From: Candidatus Levyibacteriota bacterium | GTDB lineage: Bacteria > Patescibacteriota > Microgenomatia > Levybacterales > UBA12049 | Length of the DNA stretch: 56,821 bases | Direction: 5' to 3' | Assembly: GCA_009695045.1 (NCBI GenBank) | Contig: SIBS01000002.1 | Location: forward strand, 92,774 to 149,594 | In this document: positions 41,135 to 50,603 of the stretch, one piece after another | How the letters are laid out: each line of letters opens with the position of its first letter | Numbering within the stretch: position 1 is the stretch's first letter | Position numbers and translations under genes: made by a program | Notes under the pieces: generated by a model | What the model saw: only the letters and a program-made list of their open reading frames with translations | Told to the model about the DNA's origin: nothing | Databases searched by the model: none

Positions 41135-41213
41135 ATCTATATTATAGATATGTTATTTACTAATTGCAAAAATGCATATTGTATTTTTTAAAATTTAAGT
41201 TTATAATAAAAAA

Positions 41214-41918
41214 ATGAAAGTTAAAAAAAGTATTAAACAAGATAAAATTAAAAAGAGTATAGACGTAAATAATGAGTCAAAATTAAAACATATGATAAAT
41301 ACTTCAATAATTACTACTTTTTTTTCTAATAATAAATTAAATAAAAAATATCTCTCTTTGGTAATTGGAGTAATTATTATTGCAGGATTTCTTTATTATT
41401 TTAAAAGTGTTTTTGTAGTAGCAGTTGTTGATGGTCAACCAATTTACAGACTAACAGTAATCAAGGAACTAGAAAAAGGATATGGAAAACAAGCAATTGA
41501 TAATATTATAACAAAAAGTTTGATTGAGAAAGAAATAAAAAATCAAAAAATTATACTAACAGATAAAGACATCGATACCGAAGTGACTAGAATTACTAAT
41601 ATAGTAAAGGAAAGGGGTCAAGATATACTTACTCTTTTAAAAGCACAGGGTCAAAATATGAATACATTTAAAGCTGATCTTAGATTTCAATTAGGTCTTC
41701 AAAAAATTATTTCAAAACAAAATTTATCAGCTTCAGAAAAAGAAATAAATGATTTTCTAGAAAAAAATAAGGAGATGCTTCCAAAAGATAAATCAGAAAT
41801 AGAACTTAAAGAAATAGCAAAAACTGAAATAAAACAACAAAAAGAAGGTCAAAAAACCCAAGAATTTGTAGAAGCTATAAAAAAGAAAGCTAAAATAAAC
41901 TACTTATTAAAGTATTAA
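41214..41918 (+). CDS. SurA/PrsA N-terminal-like chaperone (no PPIase domain evident)
   Basis: TM anchor, VAVVDGQPI, C-terminal KKKAKINY. Confidence 0.75.
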   Translation: MKVKKSIKQDKIKKSIDVNNESKLKHMINTSIITTFFSNNKLNKKYLSLVIGVIIIAGFLYYFKSVFVVAVVDGQPIYRLTVIKELEKGYGKQAIDNIITKSLIEKEIKNQKIILTDKDIDTEVTRITNIVKERGQDILTLLKAQGQNMNTFKADLRFQLGLQKIISKQNLSASEKEINDFLEKNKEMLPKDKSEIELKEIAKTEIKQQKEGQKTQEFVEAIKKKAKINYLLKY

Positions 41919-41919
41919 T

Positions 41920-43125
41920 CTATTTTTCTTCGTAAAATTTAATATTTTTTAATTTTTCTGGTAAAAATTTCATATTCTTAATTGGGCCAACATTACTTAA
42001 GGTAAATTCATAATCCTTACCATAGTCAAGATTTTTCATAAGCTTTGTTGGGGCATTCCTTAAGTGAATAGGTATTGGTTCATTTGGATAATCATAGATA
42101 GCTTTCTTAACAAGGCTAAGTGCATTAGGTACTGATCGAGATTTTGATGATTTTGCCAAATAAATACATATATGAGCTAATACTAACTTTGCTTCTGGCA
42201 TTCCTATTTTATGAACCGCCTCAAACCCGGCATTTGCCTGTATTAAGGCACCTCTATCTGCAAGACCAATATCTTCTGATGCAAATATAATCATTCTTCT
42301 TGCAATAAATTTTGGATCTTCTCCATTCTCCATCATTCGAGATAAATAATAAAGCGATGCATCTACATCTGATCCCCTCATTGACTTAATAAAAGCACTT
42401 ATTATATTGTAATGTTCTTCTGCCTTTTTATCATAAAGCCCTGCTGATTTTGTCTGAAAAATATCTTTAATTATTTTTAAAGTGATTGACTTTTCCTTAT
42501 ATGATGTTACAGCTATTTCAACTGCGTTGAGTAGTATCCTTGCATCTCCACCCGATAATCTTATCGCTAATTCTTTTGCATCATCTTTAATAGTTTTTTT
42601 ATACTGGCCAAGACCCTTATCGATATCTATCAGTGCTCTATCAATAATTTTTTGCAAATCTTCTTGATCCAAGCTTTTTAGTACAAATACCCTACATCTA
42701 GAAATAAGTGCGCTAATTATTTCAAATGATGGATTCTCAGTAGTCGCACCAACTAAAATTAAGAGTCCACTTTCAACATATGGCAAAAGAGCATCTTGCT
42801 GAGCCTTGTTCCATCGATGAATCTCATCAATAAAAAGAATTGTTTTTTTATAATATTTATTATTTTCACGTGCAATTCCAATAATATTTTTTAAGTCTTC
42901 TTTTCCACTTGTAACTCCTGATATTTGATGGAAATCAGAATTAGTTGCTTTAGAAATAATATGAGCAAGTGTCGTCTTTCCGCTACCAGGTGGACCCCAT
43001 AAAATCATTGAGAAAATAGAATCAGATTCTATAATTTTACGGATTAATCCATTTTTACCAACTAAATGATTTTGACCAAAATATGTATCAAGCGATTGGG
43101 GACGAAGAAGTGTAGCAATATTCAT
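41920..43125 (-). CDS. rarA: Replication-associated recombination protein A
   Basis: LRPQSL, GPPGSGKT, DEIHR, ISAFIKSMRGSD, HLRNAPT. Confidence 0.95.
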   Translation of the reverse strand: MNIATLLRPQSLDTYFGQNHLVGKNGLIRKIIESDSIFSMILWGPPGSGKTTLAHIISKATNSDFHQISGVTSGKEDLKNIIGIARENNKYYKKTILFIDEIHRWNKAQQDALLPYVESGLLILVGATTENPSFEIISALISRCRVFVLKSLDQEDLQKIIDRALIDIDKGLGQYKKTIKDDAKELAIRLSGGDARILLNAVEIAVTSYKEKSITLKIIKDIFQTKSAGLYDKKAEEHYNIISAFIKSMRGSDVDASLYYLSRMMENGEDPKFIARRMIIFASEDIGLADRGALIQANAGFEAVHKIGMPEAKLVLAHICIYLAKSSKSRSVPNALSLVKKAIYDYPNEPIPIHLRNAPTKLMKNLDYGKDYEFTLSNVGPIKNMKFLPEKLKNIKFYEEK

Positions 43126-43240
43126 ATAGATATTATATCAAAATAATATAAAGGGTGAGAATTGCCTATATTAAATAAAAAGATTTTTTTAATATAAAAG
43201 TTTGGAGAATAGACAATAATTTAGTATACTATAAATTATT

Positions 43241-43314
43241 GCATCTGTAGCTCAGTGGATTAGAGCACTTCGCTTCGGACGAAGGGGTCGGGGGTTCGAA
43301 TCCCTCCAGATGCA
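43241..43314 (+). tRNA. tRNA-Arg(TCG)
   Basis: GCATCTG/CAGATGC acceptor stem, CTTCG-CTTCGGA-CGAAG anticodon arm. Confidence 0.95.
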
Positions 43315-43328
43315 CAATATAAATTTAT

Positions 43329-43589
43329 ATGAATTGGTATCTATATATAGTAGAAGCAAAAGATGAATCTCTCTATACGGGTATCACGACAAATATAGAT
43401 AGAAGATTAAAGGAACATAATAATAATAATAAAAAAGGGGCTAAATCCTTAATAGGAAAAAGACCAGTGGTATTGAAATATTTTGAATCTTTTAATTCAA
43501 GAGGTGAGGCAAGTAAAAGAGAAGCTTTAATAAAAAATTTGAAAAGATATCATAAACTAGATCTAATTAATAAAATTAATAAGATTTAA
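43329..43589 (+). CDS. Stand-alone GIY-YIG nuclease (UPF0213/YhbQ-like)
   Basis: WYLYIV..LYTGITT..RRLKEHN..GAK..RE..IK. Confidence 0.9.
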   Translation: MNWYLYIVEAKDESLYTGITTNIDRRLKEHNNNNKKGAKSLIGKRPVVLKYFESFNSRGEASKREALIKNLKRYHKLDLINKINKI

Positions 43590-43601
43590 AAATTATTTTT
43601 A

Positions 43602-43674
43602 GGGCCGCTAGCTCAATTGGTAGAGCATCTCCCTCTTAAGGAGACGGTTATAGGTTCGATTCCTATGCGGCTCA
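43602..43674 (+). tRNA. tRNA-Lys(CTT)
   Basis: GGGCCGC/GCGGCTC acceptor stem, TCTCC-CTCTTAA-GGAGA anticodon arm. Confidence 0.95.
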
Positions 43675-43706
43675 CATAATTCTAAATATAAAAAATAATT
43701 ATATTT

Positions 43707-45341
43707 TTAAAACTGATAATTATTATTTTTGCTAAAAATAAAGTATATAAATAGTACAATAATTGCATTTCCAAAAAATATCGATAAGAAACTTATTAAA
43801 AATAATTGTTGATTGTTGATAAATAAATGCAATACGTATCCATTTATTAAAACAATAATTATATTTAATGCTAAAGATAATAATCCAGGCCCACTTGTGC
43901 TAATTCTTTCTGCATCTTTATTTTCATCAAAATTAGGTGAAATTGCTCCAATAATTATAGTTGAAAAAACTATTGATAATAATGTTATAGATGTTAATAT
44001 AATAAAAAATATATTATTTTCTATAAATTTATAAAATTCCCATATAAATAAATTTAATATAAAAAATGGTATTGATATAATTAGGCTTAAAATTAATTTT
44101 TCTTTTAAAATTTTATTCTTTGATATGGGTTGAGTGAAGATAAACCAAGCGCTCCCACCTTCCCTAGCGATGAGAGGAAAAGAAAAACGAAGCAAATAAG
44201 CTGTTGCAAAAAACATAAAGCTAGAGAAAAAGAACAAAATAATTTGTTCATGAAATAAACTTGACTCAGAAACTTTATTTGATATAACAAAATTAAGAAT
44301 AAAAAAAACAATTGTAAGTGATGCGATAAAAATAGCAAAACCAATTTCACTTGATAATCTTAAAATAGATATAATATCTTTTAAAAATATTGGATAATTA
44401 GTAATTTTAAATAATTCCTGTAATGATATTAATATCTTTATTCTATTTTCTTTATTAGAATTATTTACAATTCTATACTCTTGTAATCTTTGAAAAACAA
44501 TAATAAATCTATTACTAATCATTTTTATAGTAAATATCGTAAGAATAGCAACAAAGAATAAAAGTATGAATATTCTCATATCTAATCCTGAAACTATTGA
44601 ATCTATTAACCAATAAGTTGGATTTAATTTATATCCAAGTGGTAATGAATGAAATATTTTTTGAAATTCAGGCAATCCTTTTGTATAATCAAATAACTTA
44701 ATATTAGAAGGATAAATTAATTTAATAATAGTAATTCCAGAAATTAGTAAAAAAATACCATAAATCATCAAACTTTTTTTAACAGATGTTTTAAATAACA
44801 AAACAATAATATATCCCAAAATTGTCCCTATGCTTGTTGTAAAAAATGAAATTATTGAAATAACTATAAAAATTATTGATAAAAATGAAAAACTAATTTT
44901 TTCAAAAAAAACATTTGCATATCCAATTAAAATCGGCATTATGAATATAAATAATAAAATAATATTCATAATAAAAGTTTTGAAAAAAATCCAAGAAACA
45001 ATAATAGTTGGTGAAATTGGTAAAGTAATTAAAAAACTAATAATGCTATTTATTCGTAAAAATCTACTTATTGTTGTCAACATAATGCTTACTATTGCAA
45101 ACCAAATAAGCATAATTATTGACGTATGTAATATATATAATGCTGTTAATCTACCAAAAACTCCTGTTGATTTGAAAAATGAAAAAATTATAAAAGTTGA
45201 AGAATAAATAATTCTATCTATTAAAATAAATAATAATAAGAAGCCAATAATAACTATAATCTTGCTAATAGGCCTTTTTGATAACCAAAATAAAATGATT
45301 TTAAAATCGGTTCTAAAAAGTGTAATGAAACTATTTATCAT
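43707..45341 (-). CDS. Putative ABC exporter permease
   Basis: About 12 TM segments, LITLPIS and REGGSAWFIFTQPI motifs, overlaps the ATPase gene. Confidence 0.78.
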   Translation of the reverse strand: MINSFITLFRTDFKIILFWLSKRPISKIIVIIGFLLLFILIDRIIYSSTFIIFSFFKSTGVFGRLTALYILHTSIIMLIWFAIVSIMLTTISRFLRINSIISFLITLPISPTIIVSWIFFKTFIMNIILLFIFIMPILIGYANVFFEKISFSFLSIIFIVISIISFFTTSIGTILGYIIVLLFKTSVKKSLMIYGIFLLISGITIIKLIYPSNIKLFDYTKGLPEFQKIFHSLPLGYKLNPTYWLIDSIVSGLDMRIFILLFFVAILTIFTIKMISNRFIIVFQRLQEYRIVNNSNKENRIKILISLQELFKITNYPIFLKDIISILRLSSEIGFAIFIASLTIVFFILNFVISNKVSESSLFHEQIILFFFSSFMFFATAYLLRFSFPLIAREGGSAWFIFTQPISKNKILKEKLILSLIISIPFFILNLFIWEFYKFIENNIFFIILTSITLLSIVFSTIIIGAISPNFDENKDAERISTSGPGLLSLALNIIIVLINGYVLHLFINNQQLFLISFLSIFFGNAIIVLFIYFIFSKNNNYQF

Positions 45342-46047
45342 TTAAAGCATCCATGTATATATCGTCTAATGAATTTTTAGATATTGGTTGATCTTTTATA
45401 ATAATACCATTATTCATTATAAATACATGATCTGCAAAATTATCTGCAAATGATAATGTATGTGTTACGAAAAATACAGTTCCTTCATTTTTTTTAAATT
45501 CCAGCAAGATGTTTCCGAAAATATTAATACTTGCTGGATCAAGTCCTACGATAGGTTCATCTATAAAAAGGATCTTAGGATTATGTATTAAAGCAGATAG
45601 TAATGCTATTTTTTGTCTACTACCCCTTGAATAATAAGCCATAGGTTGATAAAGGATATCGTCTAAAGGAAATATATCCCCAATCTCTCTTATTCTATTT
45701 GAAATATGAAGCTCTTCCATGCCTCTCAATTTACCAGTTAGTGCTAAAAATTCCAAACCAGATAAATAATCATAGGCAGATGGATCATCGGAAATAAATC
45801 CAAATTTTTTCTTAGCTTCAATTGGCTCTTTAACAATATCGCAACCAAATATTTTTATATTTCCGGATGTAGGAGTTAATAACCCAACCATCATCTTGAT
45901 AAGAGTTGTTTTGCCTGCTCCATTTGGGCCAATCATTGTAAAAATTTTTCCTCTAGGTAGATCAAGAGACGTATTGTGGATGATAATTTTATTATTAAAT
46001 TTTTTTGATACACCATTAAGTGATATAGCTATATTCTTATCCATCAT
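45331..46047 (-). CDS. ABC transporter ATP-binding protein
   Basis: GPNGAGKT, YSRGSRQK, FIDEP; ATG at 46047/46044 preferred over 46080. Confidence 0.93.
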   Translation of the reverse strand: MMDKNIAISLNGVSKKFNNKIIIHNTSLDLPRGKIFTMIGPNGAGKTTLIKMMVGLLTPTSGNIKIFGCDIVKEPIEAKKKFGFISDDPSAYDYLSGLEFLALTGKLRGMEELHISNRIREIGDIFPLDDILYQPMAYYSRGSRQKIALLSALIHNPKILFIDEPIVGLDPASINIFGNILLEFKKNEGTVFFVTHTLSFADNFADHVFIMNNGIIIKDQPISKNSLDDIYMDALNDK

Positions 46048-46211
46048 ATAAAGAATATCAGCATAATAATAAAAAAACAATATATAAAATTAACTTTATT
46101 TTTAAAGATAAGCATTAAAGAATATATAGTATATCTATTAAATTTAACGTCAAAATAATTAACGATTATTTTAATTCCCAAATAAAAGTTTAAAGATGTT
46201 AAAATAAAAAT

Positions 46212-48557
46212 ATGAGTAAATTATTAATAATTATGAAATATTCCATCGGCTGGCCTTTTTCTATTTTAGCATTGTTATTTATGATATATAAATCATATTT
46301 ATTTATACCATCTCTTATTCTCAGGATAGAAAAAGCAAATATATTAATGTTAATATATGCAGTATTATGTTTTTTAATTTATTTCTTACTAAGAACTTTT
46401 TTATGGAAAAATATATTACTTTATAAGGGATGTAATATACTCTTAAGAGATTCTGCATTTCTATGGTCACAGTCTGAAATAAGAAGATATATTCCAATTG
46501 GTTTTATTTCATTTTTATCACGAGCATTACTTTTTTCAAATACACAAATTTCTAAAGAAACAGTCATATCAGCAATGCTTATTGAATCACAAGTTATAGT
46601 TATCTCTACCTTAATACTATCTATTTTTGGACTATCTGAAATTCCAAATATAAATCTATATTTATTATTTCTACTTAGAGCTGGAATAATAGGCTTTACT
46701 TTTTTTTGGATTTTTAAAGATTTATTTATAAAATATATTAAAAATGTAGCTGTTCGCAAAATACTTTTAATAATTAGTCCTTCTTTTTATTGGCAGAGCA
46801 ATGCATCATTAGTATGTATTGGTGTATCTACATTTTTTTTCTTTGGATTAGGAACATATTTCTCCATATCTTCACTTATATTTATTAATCCAACTATGTG
46901 GATTTCATTATTGGGATTTTTCACATTTTCCTTCTTAATTGGATATTTAGCCATTTTCGCCCCCTCCGGTATCGGTGTCCGAGAGTGGATAATAACCATT
47001 GGAATTTCTAACATCGCAGGAAATCTTGCAGGATTCCTTTCTATTTTTCCAAGAATTATAGTTATAATTACAGAAATAATTTTTTTATTTTTATGCTTTA
47101 TATGGACTAATAGCTATATACTTCATAAAAAAGAATTATTTATATATAAAAATCGATTTTTAATAATTTCTATTATTTTCTTTTTGGCATATTGCGCTTA
47201 TTTTACCACTGCATCTTTTGCAAGACATGATAATTTTTTTTCAGGAAAGTTTGATCTTGGAAATATGGATCAAGTAGTATGGAATACAGCAAAGGGGAAA
47301 ATATTTCAATTTAGCGATCCTGATGGGATTAAGACCATATCTAGGCTTGCATTTCATGCAGACTTTTTCTTAGTGCTTTTATCTCCATTTTATTGGATTA
47401 CGGAAACACCTAAGATATTATTGCTTTTACAAACTATCGCACTTGGGTCAGGGTCTATATTTATATTTTTTATTGCAAAAAAATTAATAAAAAATGAGAT
47501 TGCTGCTTGCATTTGCTCAATTATATATCTACTTAATCCGAGCATGCATTATACAAATCTATATGATTTTCATTCTGTAACATTTGCAACAACCTTTATT
47601 CTTGCAAGTTATTATTATTTTTTAATAAAGAAGAGGGGACTATTTTTTCTTTTTTTAATTCTTGCAGCATTAACAAAAGAACATGTTTGGATAATAGTTG
47701 GATTATTGTCTATTTATTCTGCAATAAAATCACCATGGAAAAAAATTAGTATATTTTTTAGTATCTTTTCATTTATTACCTTTTATATTCTTGTCTGGAA
47801 CATTATTCCCTTATTTAGAAATAGTAATCACTTTGCATTATCATTTTATTCTAGTATTGGTAATTCTCCCACTCAGATTATAAAGAATTCTATTCTATCA
47901 CCAAGCATTATTTTACCTTTATTGTTTCAACAAAATAAAATAATTTACTTACTACAACTTTTTATTCCAGTTGGATTTATTTCTTTTTTTTCCCCACTTA
48001 TTTTAATATTTAGTTTACCTGATCTACTTATTAATATGCTAAGCAATAACAATCAATTTACTCAGATTTATTATCAATATACCGCAACAATAACTCCTTT
48101 CATTTTTATATCAGCTATTTATGGGATATTATCTTTTAAACGTTTTTTTAGAAAAATTTCAGTTATTAGTATTAGTTTTTTTATACTAATAATGACAATT
48201 GTCGGGGCCTATAATTATGGCCCATTACCTGGGGCAAAAAATCCAAATATTAAAATGTTTACAGATATACTTCCATATAAAGACTATATTAATTATTCAT
48301 TAGGAATGATATCACCCTATGCAAAAATTGCTGCAACTAATAATATAGGTGCCCATCTAACTCATAGAGATGATATCTATACTATTCCTATTGGCATAGA
48401 TGATGCAGATACAATTGTTTTTTTATTTACTGACAAATTTTCACTTCCATCTCCAAAAATACTTAGAGATATTTCAATAAATCTCAAGACAAGTAACAAA
48501 TATAATATTATTGCCGAAAAAGAAGATTTTATTATATTACAAAAAAAATTATATTGA
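46212..48557 (+). CDS. Fusion of LPG-synthase TM/flippase-like domain and DUF2079 (GT-C-like) domain
   Basis: N-half RYIP and APSGIGVRE; C-half DLGNMDQVVWNT, HADF, YDFH, KE, YYQY. Confidence 0.75.
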   Translation: MSKLLIIMKYSIGWPFSILALLFMIYKSYLFIPSLILRIEKANILMLIYAVLCFLIYFLLRTFLWKNILLYKGCNILLRDSAFLWSQSEIRRYIPIGFISFLSRALLFSNTQISKETVISAMLIESQVIVISTLILSIFGLSEIPNINLYLLFLLRAGIIGFTFFWIFKDLFIKYIKNVAVRKILLIISPSFYWQSNASLVCIGVSTFFFFGLGTYFSISSLIFINPTMWISLLGFFTFSFLIGYLAIFAPSGIGVREWIITIGISNIAGNLAGFLSIFPRIIVIITEIIFLFLCFIWTNSYILHKKELFIYKNRFLIISIIFFLAYCAYFTTASFARHDNFFSGKFDLGNMDQVVWNTAKGKIFQFSDPDGIKTISRLAFHADFFLVLLSPFYWITETPKILLLLQTIALGSGSIFIFFIAKKLIKNEIAACICSIIYLLNPSMHYTNLYDFHSVTFATTFILASYYYFLIKKRGLFFLFLILAALTKEHVWIIVGLLSIYSAIKSPWKKISIFFSIFSFITFYILVWNIIPLFRNSNHFALSFYSSIGNSPTQIIKNSILSPSIILPLLFQQNKIIYLLQLFIPVGFISFFSPLILIFSLPDLLINMLSNNNQFTQIYYQYTATITPFIFISAIYGILSFKRFFRKISVISISFFILIMTIVGAYNYGPLPGAKNPNIKMFTDILPYKDYINYSLGMISPYAKIAATNNIGAHLTHRDDIYTIPIGIDDADTIVFLFTDKFSLPSPKILRDISINLKTSNKYNIIAEKEDFIILQKKLY

Positions 48558-49811
48558 TATTTGTGATTCTAATGCCAATTTAGTTCGCTCATGTTTATCT
48601 GCCAAATAACCATTTGATACAATTTTTAATTTTTTAGCATTAAGTAGAAAACCTTTTCTAATCGTGTAATCACCAAAACGCTTGTTAAGAATATCTATGG
48701 CTTCGGTTAATGCTTTTTCATCTCTATCCTTTTGAAATAATGATATTGTTTCAGAATTAATAATAAAATTTTCTACCAATATAGATATAACTCTAACCAT
48801 ACCCTGTTCAGGAAAAAAAAGATTATTCCATTTCCATTGCTTATAAAAATCTCTGCATGCAATAAAAATATTTTTACCAGAAGAAGTATGTGATAAAAAT
48901 GTTCTTTGACCACATTCTATACGATTTCCCCTAAGAGAGAATCTTATTGTTTTTGCCTTCTTGTTTAAGCTTCGTAATCTACGAGCTATGTCTTCGGAAA
49001 GTTCATAAATATTTTGCAAGATAAATCTTTGATTATATTCATTTTTATCAAAAGAATAATTTCTACTTAATGATTTTACTGATGGAATGTCTGTATAGAA
49101 AATAATCTCATCATTATCAATACCAAGTCCAATATTTTTCAAAAAAATTCCTTCTATTTTCCCAAACTCAGTAATAAGTTTTATAAGTGGAGTTTTTTCT
49201 AAATGATGAAGCGTATAAATACCATTTATATTTAATCTTTTTTTAATATTATTTCCAATACCACATATATCCTCAAGACTGGATATTGCATATACAGTTC
49301 TTCTATTTTCTGGTGTGATAACAAATAATCCATTTGGTTTATTTTTTTTAGATGCTAATTTTGCAAGTAATTTATTATAAGATACCCCAACAGAAACAGT
49401 AATAAAGGGACCAATCTCTCTTGCTAAATGCTCTTTAATAATTGTTATAACAGTTGGAATATCACCAAATAAATGAATTGTTTGCGTCATATCCATAAAT
49501 ACTTCGTCAATAGAAAATAACTCTATATATGGAGTGTATTGTTGGCATATTTGCAAAAACTTTTTTGAAACTTCATAATATTTATCAAAATTAGCCGATA
49601 CAAAAATTATATCGGGACACCAAAGCAAAGCATCATAAGTTCGAGATCCATTGCTTATACCAAATATTTTTGCCTCTCTACTTGCTGCAATAATACAAGT
49701 TTTTCCATTTGTTGCCGTAATGCCAATAGGTTTGCCACGAAAATAAGGATTACACTGTTGCTCGACGCTAGCAAAAAAAGAATCAAAATCTATATGAAAT
49801 ATTATCTTAAT
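48549..49811 (-). CDS. dinB: Y-family DNA polymerase (DinB/PolY-like) with apparent non-canonical start
   Basis: In-frame extension KIIFHIDFDSFFASVEQ...AASREAK upstream of the called ORF; SIDE, GVSYNKLLAKLAS, clamp-like ISLF, AIDILNKRFG tail; exact start uncertain. Confidence 0.88.
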   Translation of the reverse strand: MKIIFHIDFDSFFASVEQQCNPYFRGKPIGITATNGKTCIIAASREAKIFGISNGSRTYDALLWCPDIIFVSANFDKYYEVSKKFLQICQQYTPYIELFSIDEVFMDMTQTIHLFGDIPTVITIIKEHLAREIGPFITVSVGVSYNKLLAKLASKKNKPNGLFVITPENRRTVYAISSLEDICGIGNNIKKRLNINGIYTLHHLEKTPLIKLITEFGKIEGIFLKNIGLGIDNDEIIFYTDIPSVKSLSRNYSFDKNEYNQRFILQNIYELSEDIARRLRSLNKKAKTIRFSLRGNRIECGQRTFLSHTSSGKNIFIACRDFYKQWKWNNLFFPEQGMVRVISILVENFIINSETISLFQKDRDEKALTEAIDILNKRFGDYTIRKGFLLNAKKLKIVSNGYLADKHERTKLALESQISI

Positions 49812-49898
49812 ATAGTATATATATTACGGAAAAAATATACGAATATAAATATGACAAATTATATCAAAAATTAAATTAATTTTGATATAATACTAATA

Positions 49899-50024
49899 AT
49901 GATAAAAGATAAACCAATAATAAAAAAAAGGGATTCAAAAATAAAAAAATTTATAGCTAATGGTGGAAGAAATAATGCAGAAAGAGACTTTTATTTAGTA
50001 TTAAAACGCATTACTAATAAATAA
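49899..50024 (+). CDS. Unannotated 41-aa basic small ORF
   Basis: MIKDKPIIKKRDSKIKKFIANGGRNNAERDFYLVLKRITNK; TGATATAAT ends 7 nt before the ATG. Confidence 0.5.
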   Translation: MIKDKPIIKKRDSKIKKFIANGGRNNAERDFYLVLKRITNK

Positions 50025-50026
50025 AA

Positions 50027-50514
50027 TTAGCTCAACAATTTTGTTGAAAAAATATTTTTAATAAAAGTCTCGTCATTTATTACGAGACCAGTAATCATAG
50101 AATCTGGCATATGCGCCTTTATGCTTTTTTGCATTCTCCATGCAGTTTTATATGTCACCATAAGTATTCTCTGTAATTGCTTTATAGAGATACCACATCT
50201 AGTCTGAACCATTAAATAAATAGCAAGAAACCATGTTGTTAGTGGCGTAGTAGATTTCTCAAAAATAGTTGCTGTAAGTGGATAGATATGTATTCCACAA
50301 AATTCACATGCATAGGATGTTCTTTTTTTAACATGATAAAATTTAGTAATTTTATTACATTTTATACAAAAAATTCCGCGTGGCCAACGTAATTTACTTA
50401 TTTCTTCCAAGCATGCATGAGAATTGGGATATTTTTTATGAAATTCTTTTATTATAAATTTTTCTTCCATTATATATTTATAACAAAAAAAATACTTGTT
50501 GTAAAGGGATAATT
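50027..50514 (-). mobile_element. Truncated IS1595-family transposase (Zn-ribbon plus HTH; DDE domain lost) with a putative left-end remnant
   Basis: CDS 50027-50470: RWP..CIKC..CEFC, TIFEKSTTPL..WF, GIS..LQR.L.VTYKTAWRM, ending just after NDETFI. Confidence 0.85.
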
Positions 50515-50603
50515 AATCTATTTTTATAACCTAATATAGAGTTTTTATTAAGACTTTTAATTGACAAACTATAACTAAAAAGATATTATTATTTAAAGAA
50601 TTT

